A stretch of 64,000 bases of DNA. It comes from Octopus sinensis (taxonomy: Eukaryota). Positions 62,851-64,000 of the stretch are shown one piece after another (positions within the stretch are counted from its first letter, which is position 1; the number at the start of each line of letters is the position of its first letter). The stretch is from assembly GCF_006345805.1 (NCBI RefSeq), contig NC_042999.1, forward strand, positions 62,496,001 to 62,560,000, read 5' to 3'. A model generated the notes under the pieces. It ran no database searches. It worked only from the letters and a program-made list of their open reading frames with translations, and was not told the origin of the DNA. The translations under genes were made by a program, and so were the position numbers.

Positions 62851-63996
62851 CTTACTTCCCAACCACATGGTTCAAGGTTCAATCCCACTGTGTAGCACCT
62901 TGGGCAAGTGTCTTCTCAGGCCGACCAAAGCCTTGTCAATGGATTTGGTAGACAGAAACTGAAAGAAGCCTGTTGTATATATGTATGTATATATGTTTGT
63001 GTGTCTGTGTTTGTCCCTCACCACCACTCGACAACTGATGTTGGTGTGTTTACATCGCTGTAACTTAGCAGTTCGGCAAAAGAGATCAATAGAATAAGTA
63101 CTAGGCTTTACAAAGAATAAGTCTTGGGTCGATTTGTTCGACTAAAAGTGGTGCTCCAGCATGGCCACAGTCAAATGACTGAAACCAATAAAAGAATAAT
63201 ACATATGTATATAATTAATTAGAATTAAAGTACAAAAATTTTTTACATGTTGTGCCATTCATTTATAAAACTACTTGCTCTAATAATTAATGATTATGAA
63301 ACTTAGACTACAAATTAGGGGAGCTTACTAAAATCTGCTACATGGTACAAAGAGTAATTTGAATTCTTAGGGAGCTGATAATAGGTAGAACTGTTGGGAC
63401 AGCAAAAATATCCTAATTAGAGGTATTTTAGTTATTTATTTTTTCTTTTTCTTTCCTTTCTCTTTTTTTTTGTTGCTTACTTTTGTAAATTAATAATGAT
63501 TGTTTCTAACAATAATTAAAGAAAATGAAACTTTATGAGGATATGGTATTAAATTGAGTGAAAATACATTCACTTTAAACTTGGCTATAATTAACGGTGT
63601 AGCTCAGAGACCATCAAACAATTGCATGGATTTTATTTATATTTGCAGAAATTATTATTTTAAATTTTCATATCTACTGTTGTTTATTATATTCAACTAA
63701 GTGTACGTTTTACTATTTTATCAAAATAATTCTACTTTCATTTCTAATAAGGAATTAACTGAATTTTTTTTTCATTTGTTAATTTCTATATTTAAGTAAC
63801 ATTTTCATATCCATTCACTTAGTCTAATACTTTGTATAATTAATTCCTGCTTTTAGCGAATTCACATCTAAGATGGAAAGTCGAACAACAATTCCGAAGA
63901 GGCAGATTATTCGAAGCCCAAGTTCCGAAAGTTCAAGCTTTGAACGGAATGATGGAAGCATTTCGGATTCTGCTGTATCTTCCAGTGTCATAGAAG
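34295..63996 (+). CDS. RIMS: RIM / regulating synaptic membrane exocytosis protein (RIMS1/2, unc-10 ortholog); partial multi-exon CDS, 14 exons in window, about 650 codons
   Basis: Manual join 34295-34402, 34673-34796, 36482-36531, 39515-39633, 41059-41189, 44521-44686, 45653-45760, 47221-47338, 50592-50759, 57077-57281, 57697-57839, 59523-59759, 61417-61549, 63857-63996. All introns GT-AG, phases concordant, no stops. Contains RIM hallmark motifs GLKVVGG...GAFITKVKKGSIADTVGHLRAGDEV (PDZ), RNPY...KRRTKT...WNQTF...EFLGE (C2A), RQLPSIP, EERARQMK, QSERP, NDGSxSD. Confidence 0.95.
34673..34796 (+). CDS. RIMS: RIM exon, PDZ domain part 2 (GDEVVEWNGRSLREATFEEVYDIIFETKHEPQVELIVHRNA)
   Basis: tcag acceptor, aa|gtaagt donor, phase 1-2; RIM PDZ C-terminal half. 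Confidence 0.96.
34895..35730 (+). mobile_element. RTE LINE 3' end (ORF C-terminus, repeat-containing 3' UTR, (GAT)n tail)
   Basis: RGRPRKTWDEVVK.LRTLGLTKEMT...LWKYAV is an RTE C-terminal motif; followed by tandem gtggcac units and GAT tail. Confidence 0.85.
36482..36531 (+). CDS. RIMS: RIM small linker exon (TGEIPPGLQQIEPSGR)
   Basis: Pyrimidine tract plus cag, g|gtaagt donor; phase 2-1 is exactly what is needed to join the flanking exons. Confidence 0.85.
36760..37175 (-). mobile_element. SINE family B
   Basis: Reverse complement of 23178-23565. Confidence 0.9.
37327..37769 (-). mobile_element. RTE LINE 3' fragment with an inverted 5' segment
   Basis: Minus strand about 37330-37527 reads WTRAVAKWYP..KRPIGRPPIR*DDDL; plus strand about 37528-37769 reads ETWALT..MERSMLGISLRDHIQNEEIRDRTGVKDII..RWASHVTRFTD; candidate TSD atgctaat. 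Confidence 0.8.
38386..38882. mobile_element. Fold-back element 3: inverted duplication of a tRNA-headed unit carrying a hammerhead ribozyme, plus 32-nt tail
   Basis: Arms about 38386-38606 and 38618-38850; tail gtacataattcctcatctcttaaatatagaac; imperfect flanking duplication gaacagaagccaggt / gaacagaaagcaggt. Confidence 0.85.
38763..38808 (+). ncRNA. Minimal type I hammerhead ribozyme
   Basis: gacac-CTGAAGA-a-GGCCG-gagggtatat-CAGCC-GAAA-C-GT-T-gtgtt: stem I gacac/gtgtt, stem II (GGCTG in the other arm), loopless palindromic stem III ACGT. Confidence 0.8.
39515..39633 (+). CDS. RIMS: RIM exon (ADYSSKDGLMTRPSVMVTSPGSPSASGKRVHSPQITGKIQ)
   Basis: cagcag acceptor, caa|gtaaat donor, phase 1-0; RPSxxVTSP segment that precedes C2A in RIMs. 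Confidence 0.9.
40475..40940 (-). mobile_element. SINE family B
   Basis: Reverse complement of 23178-23565; ends about 120 bp before a C2A exon. Confidence 0.9.
41059..41189 (+). CDS. RIMS: RIM exon, C2A part 1 (IRMWYDDSRCELSICIVSALDLLPSADGKLRNPYCKLYLLPDK)
   Basis: ttcag acceptor, ag|gtaaaa donor, phase 0-2; this frame is absent from the ORF track and was read manually. Confidence 0.95.
41462..41830 (-). mobile_element. RTE-associated 3' UTR element
   Basis: (CAT)n plus the same terminus as 25740-25900 in reverse. Confidence 0.85.
43075..43760 (-). mobile_element. Decayed RTE LINE RT/C-terminal fragment
   Basis: IEVVDSFCYFGDVIS...RLYSTYIRTAILHGGDTWAWNAEDLRRLERN. Confidence 0.85.
44521..44686 (+). 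CDS. RIMS: RIM exon, C2A part 2 (SEKTKRRTKTIPNTNDPTWNQTF...LEITVWDYDRLGASEFLGE)
   Basis: gcag acceptor, gaa|gtacgt donor, phase 2-0; C2 consensus. Confidence 0.96.
44845..45540 (-). mobile_element. Degenerate SINE family B with a fold-back element nested in its TA tract
   Basis: Both SINE halves are recognisable on either side of 45025-45335. Confidence 0.7.
45025..45335. mobile_element. Fold-back element 4 (~64-bp inverted arms, degenerate hammerhead in spacer, right tail)
   Basis: Arms 45025-45088 and 45187-45250; spacer aatata-CCGATGA...AAAAC-GTA-tatatt. Confidence 0.7.
45653..45760 (+). CDS. RIMS: RIM exon, end of C2A (VIIDLSRANFKDDPLWYPLRQQDESNIQLPTSSSRT)
   Basis: ttcag acceptor, aca|gtaagt donor, phase 0-0; WYxL last strand of a C2 domain. 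Confidence 0.94.
45903..46472 (-). mobile_element. Internally deleted mariner transposon (mellifera-subfamily-like)
   Basis: 32-bp TIRs including TA (tattgggttgtccggaaagttYgtgccgattt, 1 mismatch); N-terminus MEDKKVHFRHLML abuts C-terminus WDVLPHPPYSPDIAPSDFHLFRSLQNSL...KLKERWKCIVQQNGSY. Confidence 0.93.
47221..47338 (+). CDS. RIMS: RIM exon (KSSHDPGDIQKVHLSPPVGSRGFSDSDMSEFDYDDSFQT)
   Basis: ctcag acceptor, g|gtaaaa donor, phase 0-1; SDSxxSxxDxDD motif seen after RIM C2A. Confidence 0.9.
50041..50185. mobile_element. hAT-like MITE
   Basis: TIRs cagccatgggcaacct / aggttgcccgtgcctg; imperfect 8-bp TSD gtgtaaac / gcataaac. Confidence 0.7.
50592..50759 (+). CDS. RIMS: RIM exon (GAALLERMGGSSISSLSS...RRRSGT)
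   Basis: ccag acceptor, g|gtagat donor, phase 1-1, 168 nt; open frame with raised GC inside an AT-rich intron. Confidence 0.82.
53867..54113 (+). mobile_element. tRNA-derived SINE
   Basis: A box tagcttagtgg, B box ggtttcaattcc; 17-bp TSD ctaccccaactctttct at 53850-53866 and 54114-54130. Confidence 0.88.
56436..56487. repeat. Perfect 26-bp tandem duplication
   Basis: caacatcaagttttagtgtttataag x2. Confidence 0.9.
57077..57281 (+). CDS. RIMS: RIM exon (VIARDELDDHRKHSHPEGGSLVVPEKGTRQRSRSP...SRSLSPHSS)
   Basis: atag acceptor, ag|gtttgt donor, phase 1-2; LxVP...RSRSP Ser/Arg-rich linker. Confidence 0.85.
57697..57839 (+). CDS. RIMS: RIM exon with RIM-BP SH3-binding motif (…TPSPKKRQLPSIPIEAQIASRDR)
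   Basis: atag acceptor, g|gtgagt donor, phase 2-1; RQLPxxP motif. Confidence 0.92.
58300..58780 (+). mobile_element. RTE-associated 3' UTR element with (GAT/GAC)n tail
   Basis: Homologous to 35370-35730. Confidence 0.85.
59523..59759 (+). CDS. RIMS: RIM exon (VTQDLEERARQMKLKMKINAQ...RSRRRK)
   Basis: tttag acceptor, g|gtgaga donor, phase 1-1; EERxRQMK motif. Confidence 0.9.
59829..59945. mobile_element. Internally collapsed copy of fold-back element 3
   Basis: Left terminus matches 38386-38450; right part including the tail matches 38833-38882. Confidence 0.8.
59975..60175 (+). mobile_element. SINE family A
   Basis: Same unit as the 2070-5442 array. Confidence 0.85.
60176..60320. mobile_element. 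Fold-back element 5 (old), with a hammerhead-like motif on the - strand
   Basis: Terminal IR tattattagtttatttgt / acaaataaactaataata; minus strand reads CTGAAGA-g-GTCAC-agaatgt-GTGAT-GAAA. Confidence 0.55.
61417..61549 (+). CDS. RIMS: RIM exon (EFSPDVSDDNLPSDASETSDMSEVSKVSTISMRSTQSERPHRKF)
   Basis: gcag acceptor, ag|gtaagt donor, phase 1-2; QSERP motif. Confidence 0.92.
62148..62558 (-). mobile_element. SINE family B
   Basis: Reverse complement of 23178-23565. Confidence 0.9.
62845..63200 (+). mobile_element. SINE family B (5' truncated)
   Basis: Collinear with 23205-23565. Confidence 0.9.
63857..63996 (+). CDS. RIMS: RIM exon (SEFTSKMESRTTIPKRQIIRSPSSESSSFERNDGSISDSAVSSSVIE)
   Basis: ttttag acceptor; probable donor g|gtag at the window edge; FTxKM and NDGSxSD motifs. 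Confidence 0.88.
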
Positions 63997-64000
63997 GTAG

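Overview
Very AT-rich, repeat-dense animal genomic DNA. The SINE/LINE repertoire and microsatellite load suggest a coleoid cephalopod, probably Octopus (inferred, not verified). The only host gene I can support is a + strand RIM (RIMS1/2, unc-10) presynaptic active-zone gene. I assembled 14 GT-AG exons by hand (34295-63996, 1950 nt, one open frame with matching intron phases) encoding most of the PDZ domain, C2A, the RQLPxxP RIM-BP motif and the Ser/Arg-rich linker; both ends of the gene lie outside the window. No exon was found in 1-34294, which appears to be one large intron. The introns hold tRNA-derived SINEs (tandem arrays and inverted pairs), RTE and Dong/R4-like LINE fragments, mariner, piggyBac-like and hAT-like MITEs, and a tiny LTR-like element with repeated PBS units. 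The main hunt result is a set of at least five fold-back elements with little or no shared sequence but a common design: head-to-head inverted duplication, a minimal type I hammerhead ribozyme, and usually a one-sided 3' tail. This is Penelope-like architecture without coding capacity. One element has a tRNA/Pol III head and one has a compensatory G3-C8 catalytic core. All alignments and folds were done by eye.
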